A stretch of DNA of 57,331 nucleotides, the filler included, from Jimgerdemannia flammicorona (taxonomy: Eukaryota): the NCBI GenBank assembly GCA_003990765.1. It is 3 parts of 3 records of this genome, joined end to end, with 100 filler letters (N's around TTAATTAATTAA, not from the genome) between each part and the next. Parts side by side here need not be neighbours in the genome. Positions count along the whole stretch, not along the records: positions 19,153 to 38,193 come from RBNJ01002042.1; positions 38,294 to 57,331 come from RBNJ01002043.1; 1 more part is not named here. One strand, written 5' to 3'. Under the pieces are notes generated by a model. That model had not been told where the DNA came from and did not search any database. It worked only from the letters and a program-made list of their open reading frames with translations. Made by a program: the position numbers and the translations under genes. This document shows, one piece after another, positions 36,685 through 48,869 of the stretch. Within the stretch, counting starts at the first letter, position 1, and each line of letters opens with the position of its first letter.

Positions 36685-38120
36685 ATGTCGACAGATCAGT
36701 CTTCAACAGTCCACAGTACCAATAATGCTTCAAGTCAAACATCCCTGATAGTTCCACACCTTCCATGCAATCCTCGCTCCGAAATCTGGCAACATTGTAC
36801 TAAGATAGGAGATGATGTTATTTGTAATTATTGCAGGTAAAAAATTAAGACGCACCTATTGACACTTTGTCTGACACACACATGATATTGTTTGACACAC
36901 ACATGATATTGTTTCATCCACCCCCATGAACTGCACTAGCCAGAAGTTCAAAATGCTTGGGGGTACGACTTCGAACATGAATCGACACATAAAAGACAAG
37001 CACTCTGACAAAATCAAAAAGAACACGGAGACAAATAAAATTGACATCCAAGCTGTGGTGGGTACATTTATCTGATTGCCTGACCATTTCTGTACCAACA
37101 ACGCCATTTAATCAAAAATTTTAGCCATACTCTTCGGCAGAATTTCAAAATCGGCTCGTTCGCTGGATTGTGTATACAATACAGACCAGCCATTCACAAC
37201 CATCAAGAGTAATCAATTGCACAGCATCTTTGACCTCCTCAAGCATGATTTATATTTGCCAAGTGCTGATACTATTCGCAAAGATGTCCTGGAGGCCTAT
37301 AGGAAGGAGCATGACAATCTCCGCCAGACACTTCAGGTAAAATAAGGGCAGCACCATGACCTTTGCAAGCTGAATTATACAAAAGAGCTCACCAATTTAA
37401 CCTCACATTCAATAAGCAGAATTCGGCAGGCAAAATTTCGTTTACAATCGACACATGGACATCCCCCAATGCAATTTCGTTTCTGGGCATTACCGGTCAT
37501 TGGATTGACCTCGATTGGTAGCTTAAATCTCTCACCCTTGACTTCGTCAAACTTGCTGGCCCTTATTCTGGAGACAACATCACAGATGCTTTTATTAGTT
37601 GTATCCGGAAGTTTGGGATCACCACTAAGGTAAAAAAGGGAGGCTTGCCATCAGGTCGGCATTTTGAGAGAGGTCCTAAACCAAACCAGATTTTATTGGT
37701 TACTTATTTTCACATAAACTTGTCAACCAAATATTTCAAGTACAGATTTTGGCCATTACGATGGACAATGCTACAAACAACTCAACATTTTTCCAAGGTT
37801 TAGCAACCAGCCTCAAACAGGAAAATGTGGCCTTCAGTACAGAAAGCTGCCATGTGCGATGCCAGGCCCATGTACTGAACCTTGCTGTTCAGGACTATCT
37901 TATGCACGTAGACAAAACATCCGAGAGAGGAGGGGCTCTGAGTATAATTTCCAAGCTGCGCAAACTGGTTGTATCAGTCTGATCGTCCCCACAACGACAA
38001 GACAAATTCGCTGTGCAGTGTAGGGCAATCAGTTTAGCCCCGAAAGAGCTTATATTGGACGTCTGTACGCGTTGGAACTCAACATTTGCAATGATCCAGC
38101 GCACGCTGGAGTTTGCTGTG
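36685..38120 (+). pseudogene. hAT transposase with BED zinc finger; predicted exons 36685-36836, 36940-37057, 37125-37336, 37420-37629, 37746-38120
   Basis: The spliced frame gives RSEIWQH..CNYC..TSNMNRHIKDKH, ISFTIDTWTSPN, ITMDNATNN, RCQAHVLNL and TRWNST. All introns are GT-AG. It carries a 5-bp duplication and two stops. Confidence 0.88.
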
Positions 38121-38193
38121 GTATGCATCCTTTTTTTCTTCGGTCGGCTGAAGCAACTGTTTCGGATGATGGAAGATTTATTTATTTAAAAAA

Positions 38194-38293
38194 NNNNNNN
38201 NNNNNNNNNNNNNNNNNNNNNNNNNNNNNNNNNNNNNTTAATTAATTAANNNNNNNNNNNNNNNNNNNNNNNNNNNNNNNNNNNNNNNNNNNN
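38194..38293. other. Assembly gap with artificial TTAATTAATTAA linker
   Basis: 44 N + 12-mer + 44 N. Confidence 0.97.
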
Positions 38294-38513
38294 TTGTATA
38301 AATAACCCAGTATCTTCGAGTGAATAAACCTCAGATCGAAATAGTTCAAAGCAAAGAGATAGCAAAGGAACTAGTAAGCCTGTGGGCAGATACACTTCGA
38401 ACTCACCCACCCTCTCCTGCCACTTCAAGAGACTCTGCGAGAGTCAGAACAGTCAAGTTTTCAAGATACAGAAACCCGACGTACTTTCAAGAGTAAGCAT
38501 CTGCTACATTACA
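38294..38513 (+). repeat. 3' half of a family C LTR
   Basis: Near-identical to 28350-28570; ends ...TTACA. Confidence 0.92.
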
Positions 38514-41500
38514 ATATATAGATCTTCCAATTAGACCAGCACTTTAAACTCACTAGAATGAAAAAAGACATATAAGTCCAATTTTCCACCATACTTCTCT
38601 AAGGAAATATAGTTATCTGGTAGTATAATCATATTATAATCACTACTTCCTATTCAAACACAAGAATTCAAAACTGAAAATCTTTCAAGAAGACCCTCCA
38701 CCAGTAGTTTAAGCCTATTAATACTACTCAGCTAGTCTGAGATAAGCTAGTAAATATCAAACAACTTAAGTCTGTATAAAGTTACAATGTATAATTTCTG
38801 TTAATTTTACTTGAGCTACTAATAATAATAGAAGACAAAAAGATAGACTGCTATATCAGAGGTCTGAAGAGAAACATATGAGTCAAGGTCAAGCTAGAAG
38901 AGTTACAGACCCTCAATGAAGCTATGAAAATTACTGATAGATTTAATATTATTACCTTTAGTAACTACTTTGAACTAAAATACTATAAGAAGAACTATTT
39001 CAAGAACTACTATAAGAACCAACCTAAAGTAATTGGCCTAGCACTAATAGATCTAGATATTATAAATAAGAAAAATAACAAACTTACTCTAGAAGAGAAA
39101 GACTATCTAAAAAAATCTGGAGCTTATTTTTTTTATCATCAAACAGGATATATTGTAACTAAATATCCTAAGAAGATTAGCAAACTCTCAAGATTAGTAA
39201 CTATATTGTCTAAAGATATACCTATCAACTCTATGACTAGTCAATCTGAACTCAAGATTAAGAAGCTTTATTCAAAGACTCAGATCTCTTAATATCAATC
39301 AGAAGGAGCCATTGACCTTGATATATACTCTATCAAACAAGTCACTATTCTAGCTAAAGATCAAACTCTAGTACCTACTGAAATTGCTGTCCAATATTCT
39401 GAAGGACATTATGTTAGAATTGTACTATGATCAAGACTCAGTATCAAATATTATTTAGATATTAGGGCTAGTGTTATTGATTTAGATTATTAAGAATAAG
39501 TTTAAGTCTTACTTATCAATCAGAAGGATCAAGACTATACAGTCAAAGAAAGAGACCAAGTCATATAAATGGTTCTGAAAAAGCCAGTCAATCCAAGATT
39601 ACAGAAGTCTAAAAACTATCTGAAACCAGATAAGATCAGAAAGATTTTAGTAGTACTGATCAAGCAGCAAGTCTTACTAAAAAATTGAGCTCAAGCTATA
39701 CTCATTTTCAAAGATCTAGTTAAAGGAAAAGAAGTTCAAGTGCTCATAGATAGTAGAGCTGCAGAGAACTTCATCCACCAGAACTTTATTGAAAACTACA
39801 AGATTCTCACCAAGTCTATACTCAAGAATGATAGTGTAGTTACTACAGATGACACACTATATCCTATTGAGTCAATTACTGCTAAACTATCTATTAAGAT
39901 TCAGAAATATTAGAAATGAATAGAATTTAAGATCACACCACTAGGAGACTATAATCTGACCTTAGGAAAACCCTGACTCACCAAATATAATCCAAACATT
40001 GATTGGTGTAAGAATAAAGTTACTTTACTTCAAGAAGGAGTCAATATTACTATAAGACAGATAAGTCTGTAAATAAGACCCCAGTTGCAATACTGTCAGT
40101 AATATGATATAAAAAAGTACTCAAGAAGGCAGTGTATGTCTTTGTTATAATAGTCTATCTCCAAAATAAGACAAGAAGCTGTCAATCAATGAAAGTATTA
40201 AGTTATTGCTTGAAGAATTCAAGAATGTCTTCCTAGATAAGCTATCTGGTCTACCATCTATATAGGAAGTTGATAATAAAATTGAACTGACTCCAGAAGC
40301 TATATAACTTAAGAAATACATATATTATATATTACTACTCAAAATTGAAAAAGTCAAGAAAAAACTAGAAGAACTACTTATATGAAGAGCCATTCAATCA
40401 AGCAAATCCCTCTATGGCTCATTAGTCTTATTTATCAAGAAGAAGGATAATACTCTGTAAATATATATAGACTACTATATACTCAACAAGCTTATAGTCA
40501 AGAACTAATATCCACTACTCTTGATTGATCAAATTTTTGATACTCTTAAGAATGTCAAGTACTTCACTAAGTTGGACCTCATGTCAGAATACTACCAAAT
40601 CTGAATCAAGTCAGAAGATATCTCTAAGACTATACATATTTATAACCTCCTTTAAACTTTACAAATTTCTAGTTCTAGCATTTGGGCTTACCAATATACC
40701 CACTACATTCCAGATCCTTATGAATAAGATATTTTAGAATTAACTATTCATTTTCTTATTAATATATCATGACAATATCTTGATCTTTAGTATAACTAAG
40801 AAATATCTCAAGTATATTCAAATAGTTCTAGAGATCTTGTAAAAATACAAGCTTTATACAAAGCTTAAGAAGTGTAAATTTTTTAAAGAACAAGTCAAAT
40901 ATCTTGGCCATATTATCTCTGTATAAGAAATTCAAGTAGACCTATATAAGATAGAGACAATTTAAGAATAATATATTCTATCAAACCTCACAGAACTCTG
41001 GTCCTTTCTTGATCTAGCTAGCTACTACTACTACTTTATCAGAAACTTCTCTGGTATTGTTGAGCTACTGACTAATCTTATAAGGAAGGCACCTAATCTA
41101 ATCATTATGTATCCTATATCTAGGACTTCTTCTGTTAACAAGCCTTTTAAGAACTCAAGAACTGCCTGATCTATACTCTAGTTCTGCATAATACAGATCT
41201 AAGATTGAAGCTCACTGTTACTACTTATATATCAAATTTTACCATTAGAGCAGTTCTATTATAAGATGATGGCAAAGAACATCATTCTATTACCTTTGAG
41301 TCCTATAAGTTAGTCCCAACTAAGCAAAGGCTAGTCACTTACAAGAAGGAGCTAATAATAATAATATATACCCTGGACTACTGGTGATACTACCTAGAAG
41401 GTATTGAATTTGATGTCATTACTGATTATTAAGCACTCAAGTATATTAATACCCAATCCACTCTATTATATCTATAAGCTAAGTAGAGTCTCAAGCTTCA

Positions 41501-44340
41501 AACCTTCAATCTAATAATCATTTATAAGCCTGGCAAGATACTTATAGTACCAGATACCTTATCTAGTGTGATGTATGGTATGAAATCGAAACAGGAAATA
41601 GACATTTGATCGCAGTACCTGAATCCAATTCCCAATATAGCTTAGCCTTACAAATAGCAGTCATATTTTATAAGTGTAGAAACTTTAACATTCGTAGAAA
41701 CTTTAGCAACTGTAGAAATTCTACAGATATAAATCCTTCATAATTGTAAAGATTCTGGCAGATGTAGAGAATTTACACTTGCTGACTTACAGAAAACATA
41801 GTCATAACTTAGCCACCTTATAGCTAGCAAAACTTGTATAAATAACCCAGTATCTTAGAGTGAATAAACCTCAGATTGAAATAGTTTAAAGCAAAGAGAT
41901 AGCAAAGGAACTAGTAAGCCTATGGGCAGATATACTTCGAACTCACCCACCCTCCCCTGCAACTCAAGAGACTCTGCGAGAGTCAGAACCATCAAGTTTT
42001 CAAGATACAGAAATCTGATGTATATTCAAGAGTAAGCATCCACTATGTTACACTAGATATCCAGACCCTACTACAATTATATAAGTTACCTTGATATATG
42101 TATGAATTTCTAGACCAGATCAGATAAGCTTATAAAGAAGATACTATTACTACTAGAGTTTTCTTGAATGAGCTTAAAGATATATATACTATTAAAGACA
42201 ATCTAATCTACCATTAAGATAAAGTTTATCTATCTGATAATATGAATCTCCACTATAAGATATTATAAGAACACTATGACTCCTCTTTTACTAGTTACTT
42301 GGAATTGATAAAATAGTTAAGAATATCTAGTATCATTACTATTAGTCATATATAGTCAAGAAAATTAAGAACTATATTACTAGCTATGACCTCTGCTAGT
42401 GCAATAAGTCTACCAATTAAGTACCAGCTAGTTTACTATAACTACTGCCAATTCTGACTAAAAAATTCAAGTAAGTTACAATGAACTTATAACTTAACTA
42501 CTATGAACTCAATCTGGTACTAATGCTATCATCATATTTGTTGATCACCTGATCAAGACTACAGTTACCAAACTAACCACTATCAATACTACTATATCTG
42601 AAATTACAAGAATCTTCTTCAAGTCTATCTTCTATCACTATGACTTACTATAAGTAATTGTCAGTAATCATGACTCCAAGTTTACTAGTTACTTTTAGTA
42701 AACTCTCTTTAAGACTCTGGGAACTCAATTGGCTATATCTACTGCCTTTTACCTATAAATAGATAGATAAACCAAGTGTATGAATAGAACTTTAGAATAA
42801 ATACTTAGAAACTATATTTCTTATAAGCAAGATAATTAGGATCATTACTTAACTTATATAAAATTTGAATACAATAATACCATCCAATCATCTACTTGTC
42901 TTTTCTTCTTTCAGCTACTCTATGGTCAAGATTCTAAGACTCCTACAAGTCTAGTTTCTTTTAAGAAAAACAGTTAAATACAAGTCTCTATTACTAAGAA
43001 CCTTATAGACAAAATGGATGAACTACTCAAGATTACTACTGTAAACCTCCAAAAGACCCAACAGCATCAAGCCAAATATACTGATAAGAAATATCATGAT
43101 ATTACCTATACTATTGGTAATCTAGTCCTACTGTTTACTGAGAATCTTAAGATATAATCTCAAGTCAACTATCTATTAAATAATTTTCAACTCAAATACA
43201 TTAGACTCTATGAGATTACTAAATAAGTCTCTATATCCTCCTACTATCTCAAGTTATCTGAAACCATAAGAGTATATCCAGTCTTTTATATGTCATATCT
43301 CAAGACCTGAAACCAGTTACAACTCTATTCTAGTTGAATTCTCAAGTTATTTGCCCCTGTAATTATTGAAGACTATATTGAGTATGAAGTTGAGAAAATC
43401 CTTAACAAGTAAATCTGCTACCATCATCCTGAATATCTGGTCAAGTGGATGGGCTTCTCCAAATATAATGCTATCTGAGAACTACTGATCAATCTCAAGA
43501 ACTCTCAAGACCTAGTTCAAGACTTTAAGGCAAAATACATTGTCCAATCTCTATAGTAACTTCTTTAGATTATTAACCATCTATGGCAATAATTAGTACC
43601 TTATACATCAGAAGTTTACTTTAGGACCCTAGAGCTAGCAGAATATTTAGTAAACAAGAAGTCTACTGAAATAAAACTACTAGCTAGATTCAAACTTCTC
43701 CCAGTTAGTTAGTCTAGTAATAGATCCTCTACTCTATATAGAAATGATCAATCTTCACCAATGTATCAATATAAGTTTGAGAAATTTTGGTTAAATATAT
43801 TTAGCCTTATATTGCCTAAGAACTCAATGAGAATATTAGTTCCTAAGGAGAGAGAAATATAATAATTTTATAGTTTTAGTACTTTTTCACATCTTTTTGC
43901 TAGTCCTTTCTTGTCTTTTCTTATATATTCTACTATGTTCTAGTACTTTTCAAATATCTAGAAATCTTCTCTTGGTACCAAGACTTTGCTAGAACATTCT
44001 TATCTTTTCTTAGCACTAAGTCTCATATCTTAGCTAGTTATAGAACCTTTAGGAATATTGTAGAATATTATTAGTCATCTTTGCTAAGAACTTATTTCTT
44101 GGCTTTTCTCTTCTTTTCTGAAATCCTTCCAGATTTTTCTTTCTGATCCTATATAAATATCCTTATTCTCTGCTTAAATAAAGCTCAGAATATTTTCTCT
44201 CAGAATTTCTTCAAGAATACTTGAACCTATAAGTATTTCTTTTGAGCTACTTTAGATCTATTAAAACTTTCAGAACTTAGTTACTTTCTCTTAAAAAAAC
44301 TAGAACTATTATATCTATATTATCTAGAGTTAGATATTAT
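38514..44340 (+). mobile_element. Heavily decayed chromovirus-like Gypsy family D (gag-dUTPase-PR-RT-RH-IN-chromodomain, PPT, putative 3' LTR from 43858)
   Basis: dUTPase remnants at ~39250-39660; LIDS(G)A at ~39745; FLVLAFGLTNIPTTFQ; chromodomain EYEVEKIL..YLVKWMGF at ~43380; PPT AAGGAGAGAGAA at ~43845. The ends are approximate. Confidence 0.8.
41567..42052 (+). repeat. Solo LTR related to family C, inserted in the family D pol
   Basis: TG...CA ends and a 4-bp TSD CTAG splitting the host DTLSRYPD. The 3' half is near-identical to the family C LTR. Confidence 0.92.
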
Positions 44341-44405
44341 ATGCTGAGTAATACTTGTTCACCTTTTTCATAAGTAACTTCTCTTCTATTTTTACCAGTA
44401 TATAC

Positions 44406-44408
<3 letters not shown>

Positions 44409-44499
<91 letters not shown>

Positions 44500-44614
44500 T
44501 ATAGTTACTCAGACTCTGCCATTTATTATCTATCTATATATATAATTATATTATCTTCTCTCACTACCCAATCCCCAAAGAGGAACTCCCCTCCTAAAGA
44601 GAAATTCCTCCTCT
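44409..44614 (-). mobile_element. Short 5'-truncated retroposed insertion with an ~89-nt poly(A) tail
   Basis: Poly-T at 44409-44497, flanked by the direct repeat AGTATATACTAC at 44397-44408 and 44615-44626. Confidence 0.8.
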
Positions 44615-44815
44615 AGTATATACTACATATATTCTTTATACTTCTATAAGAGTATTATGTACTTACTAGATAGTATATATTTTGTATAGTATTGGTAACT
44701 TTTTGTACTACTGATACTATTACTTATATGATAGTTATGGGGGTTCAGAGATATTATCTATAGTTCAGATAGAATGGGATCATTTTGTACTTATACTTAT
44801 ACTATTATTATATAT

Positions 44816-47800
44816 TGTAATAGTGACTCCAGAATGATGACATCAGTATAGGAGACAGCCTTTTCTTGCAAGCCATCAGATCAGAGTACAAGAAGATTAT
44901 ATGGCATATGAGATGAGCAATAATGACCAACTGTGAGTCATTGTGACCACAGCACAAATATCCTGAAGAATATAAAAGAAGGATCAAGGAACTACAGTAG
45001 CAGCAACCAATAAGAACCACCAATCCCAAAATAGCTCAAAGACTTACCACAAATGAAATACCTACTGCCTGCCAAACCTCAAGATCAAGGAATCACCAAG
45101 GTATCTCAGCTGAGGAAAGAATGTTCCAAGACATCAGAAGAGCCATGAGGACCTGCTCAAGAAGGACTTCTAGTGTCAACCTGAGTACTGCAGACCCTTA
45201 TTACTTCATTATCTACCACTATGAAATAGAAACAAGGATCACTATTGCTACCAAATGCCTCCAAATATGGCAGGAGTATGAAATAGAAAACCTCCTCTGC
45301 CAGGAGTTTCCACAAGCCAGCACCCAAGAGCTATAAGATGCCACTCCCATAGATATACACAAAACAAGGATAGCTAAGAAGATCTATCAGATCTTCAGGC
45401 ATGCACCATGGTTGATCTCCAACTTGGAGTATGTTAGAGTCTCAGACTTCAGAGACCTATCATCCTGCTGTATCAATATACTAGAAGCCAGGGTGGCTAC
45501 AGAAGCCCAGTCCACTATCACCCTCAACAGTGAAGAAGTAGAAGACTTCTGGCACCCTATCCTTCAGGACAATCCAGACCAATTCCTGCAAGGATTGATC
45601 TCAGTATTCCAAGGTCCAAGCATCCAGGTTAGATCTCCCCAAGACCCCACATTTGTTCCTTATTTTGTGGAAGAGAATCTTATAGACTGGAGAGCTCCAG
45701 ACCTTGTCCCCGATTTCCCCACCACAGCTAAACATAATGACGTCATTGATGACATCATCCTATGTAACATACCCAAAGTATGTAAAGTACATGAAATGCA
45801 TGACCTATATGATAAATTCATAGATCTCATCTCCTTCAGTGATGATGATAATGAAGCCCCCATGATTCTGAACTTTCTGCTCTAAGTTCTTTGTTATACT
45901 GGATAATGCCAGCACCAGTATTCTCATGTTACACTGGATAATGCCAGCACTGATATTCTCATATAACACTAGATAATGCCAGCACTGGTATTCTCATGTA
46001 ACACTGGATAATACCAGCACTGATATTCTGAGGTGATGCGAAATTGTTCCAGCACCGGTATTTTGATGTGATACTAAATAATGCCAGCATCCTGAACCTA
46101 TATAATCATCATTACCGACTCTGGAACTTAGTAGTTTTAGTTATTGGAATTTATATTTAGCTTTATATCTTAGCAACCATTGAATTGTATTTTGTATAAA
46201 TACCCCTCTTATTCCCTCTGAAATAAAGTCAGTCAAGTTCTGGTTTCACTTATACATACTTCCTTGCAAGCAATCTAAGAGATAACAAGACAGTTAAAGA
46301 TAAGAAGTTTGAGGACTATAAGACCTTGGGAAGGCACTCCAATAAGAACTTGCTTATAACAACTTGAGTTAGTCTAAGAGATATATCTTGAAGAGAATCT
46401 GACATATTTGAAGGACTCAGCAACCACTATGTGACAACTTAGTGCCCATTGGCTGGTAATTCAAGATAAATTCCTCACTTTCAAGCTGAAAAATGAACAA
46501 CCTCCACAATAACTACCCTGACTACAAGAGTTACCCCTGCAAGAATTCAAGATAAGATAGAAATGCATCTCCCCACATTCTATAGATATACTACTGAAGA
46601 GTCAATCCTGACCTTCATTGAAGACTTTGAACAATTCACCACCATATGAGCCCTTGGTGTGGATGCTCAATTGGCCCTTCTACCAGTCAGTCTTAGAGGA
46701 CCTGCCAGAGATAAGTTCAATGCAGCCACCATTGCTGATGCTGGTGCAGCCAAACTTGCCAACATAAAGGTCTTTCTTAGAACAACATATTATACTGAAG
46801 AGATCAAGCAAGCTCTCAAGGATCAACTCAATACTATCTGCCAGAGACTTAGTGAAGATCCCAACTCATTCTATACCTGAATTTGTCACCAGATTGTCTT
46901 GGCTGGCTATGATGACTGCCTCAAGGAACAAATAGTGGATTCAACCTTCCTCAAAGGAGTTCACTCTGAAATTGCCCTAGCAATCTGGTCTACCCCAGCT
47001 GCACTGACCCTTGATCAGAAAGTGGTCTTTGCACAGAGATATTGGACTGCCAGACACCCTGCCGAACACTCAATAGAGAAAATAACTGGCATCAAATGGA
47101 GTCATCAAAGCCAACTAGTATCTTATCTGCCATAGTTGTAAACAGACAACCAACCCTACCTACCCCCAAGATAGCCAAAGCTGACCCAGTGGAAGAACTT
47201 GCCAAGCAGTTCGCTGAGATGACTACACATCTCAGTGATGTTGTTAGAGAAGTCTGAAGTACCAACAGGAGACCAGTGTAGAGATTTGCAGCTGCTACAG
47301 AAGAATACAATATCATATGCTTCAGATGTGGAGAAGAAGGCCACTATGCAAAGAGTTGCATGACCGAAACAAGATACAAAGCCCAACCAAGCAATACTAG
47401 CAGAACTAGAGAACAAACCAATATAGTAGTCATTGAGGAGATCAGTGACACTGATGATGAAGAATACTATGAGGAGCTCGAATTCTACCCTGCTACTGAA
47501 GATACCAGAACCTGGTCCAAGCCCTATGATAAGAAGAGCAATAACAAGCCAGTTGGAAGACCAAAGAAGACTCCAGCTGTCACTATTCAAAGCAAGACCC
47601 AACCCGAGGAGATTGATCAAGACATGGAGTTAAATGAAGCTGCCTGCCAAATTATCGAAGGCACTACCCCAGTCTCAGGAGAAAGTGAGAGCAAGAAGGA
47701 ACAGAAGCTGCGCAAGACCAAGATCCATCAGTATGACATCTACAAGGACCTCAAGGAACAGAAGGTCAATACCACTTTTGGGCAGCTAGCTGAAGTCTCT

Positions 47801-48869
47801 GCCTTCAGACAGCAGTTGAGAGTAGGACTTGCAACTACTACCAAGAATCAAGAGTACAAGATCGTAGAAGCTCACAATGTACAAGAAGAATCTGAGAACT
47901 CAGGTGAAGAATCCAAAGACCAGCACAAGATATCAGCCTATATCCCCTGCCAGATCGAAGACTGTATCTTTGATGCCATCATTAATACTAGTGCTGGAGA
48001 ATGCCTCATGAGCAAGAAGGCAATTGATCGCTTAGGTTGGGACATTGAAGAGTCCACCAAGATGGTCTATGTCATAGCAGATGGTATACAAGCTACCCCC
48101 CTTGGCAAAATCTGAGAAGTCCCCATCAAGATAGGAGGAGCTACCATCCCAGTAGATGTGATTGTTACAAGCACCACCAACTATAACATCCTTATTGGCA
48201 ACCAATAGCTTCACAAGGCCAAGGCCATCATTGACCTCAATGCCCAGAAGATGCAGATCAACTACAGAGAAAGAAAGGTATGAGTTTCTATCAATGTCTA
48301 CAAAGAAGTCCTGCCAGACATGGAGGAAGGAGATGAAGAAGACACAGAGGTCTTCATGCACTTAGTGAACAAGAACAAGAATAAGACACCCAAGCTTACA
48401 GATGAGCAGTGGTATAATAAGATCATCGATGGGTATGCCCCTCAAGGAAGATGCCCCCATGGTACTAGAATGTACTGCTCTGAACACCTGAATGACTGCT
48501 AGTCCTATATCAGTGAAGTCAGGAAAATCTGCCAACAGAAACATGAGCAAGAAGCTGCTGAAGCAAAAAGGAAAGCTGAAGAAGATGACCAGCCCCCAGA
48601 GCTTCAAGCTGACAGTGACGATGAGGAGAAACAAGAATCAGACATCACCCTCAAGGTCAAGAAGTTTCACCCTAAAGCCAAGATCCCAGAATACAAGACT
48701 GAAGGAGCCATAGGAATGGACCTTGCCAGCATCTAAGATGTTACCCTTGAACTACAGACCACCACTCTACTTGGCACTGGAATTGGAGTCAAGTTGTCAG
48801 AAAACTATGCCAGAATTATCAAGACCAGGAGCAGTCTGACCAAAAGCAAAATCTCAGTTGAAGGAGAAG
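44816..48869 (+). mobile_element. Gypsy family B copy B2, 5' part: LTR 44816-46436, PBS, gag-PR-partial dUTPase (from ~46557), interrupted by A3
   Basis: The LTR matches 19747-21273. The internal region is collinear with family C (CFRCGEEGHYAKSC, IINTSA, GMDL). Confidence 0.92.
45892..46090 (+). repeat. 35-bp tandem repeat in the family B U3 (4 units plus degenerate parts)
   Basis: Directly visible. Confidence 0.88.

Larger units (their letters stand above)
36165..38193 (+). mobile_element. hAT DNA transposon, left part, running into the gap
   Basis: TIR TAGTGCTCCGAA, a subterminal repeat array and a transposase gene. Confidence 0.9.

Noticed and set aside
45892..46030. 35-bp repeats as a CRISPR array
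   Set aside because: The units are head-to-tail with no spacers, inside a eukaryotic LTR, and no cas genes are present.
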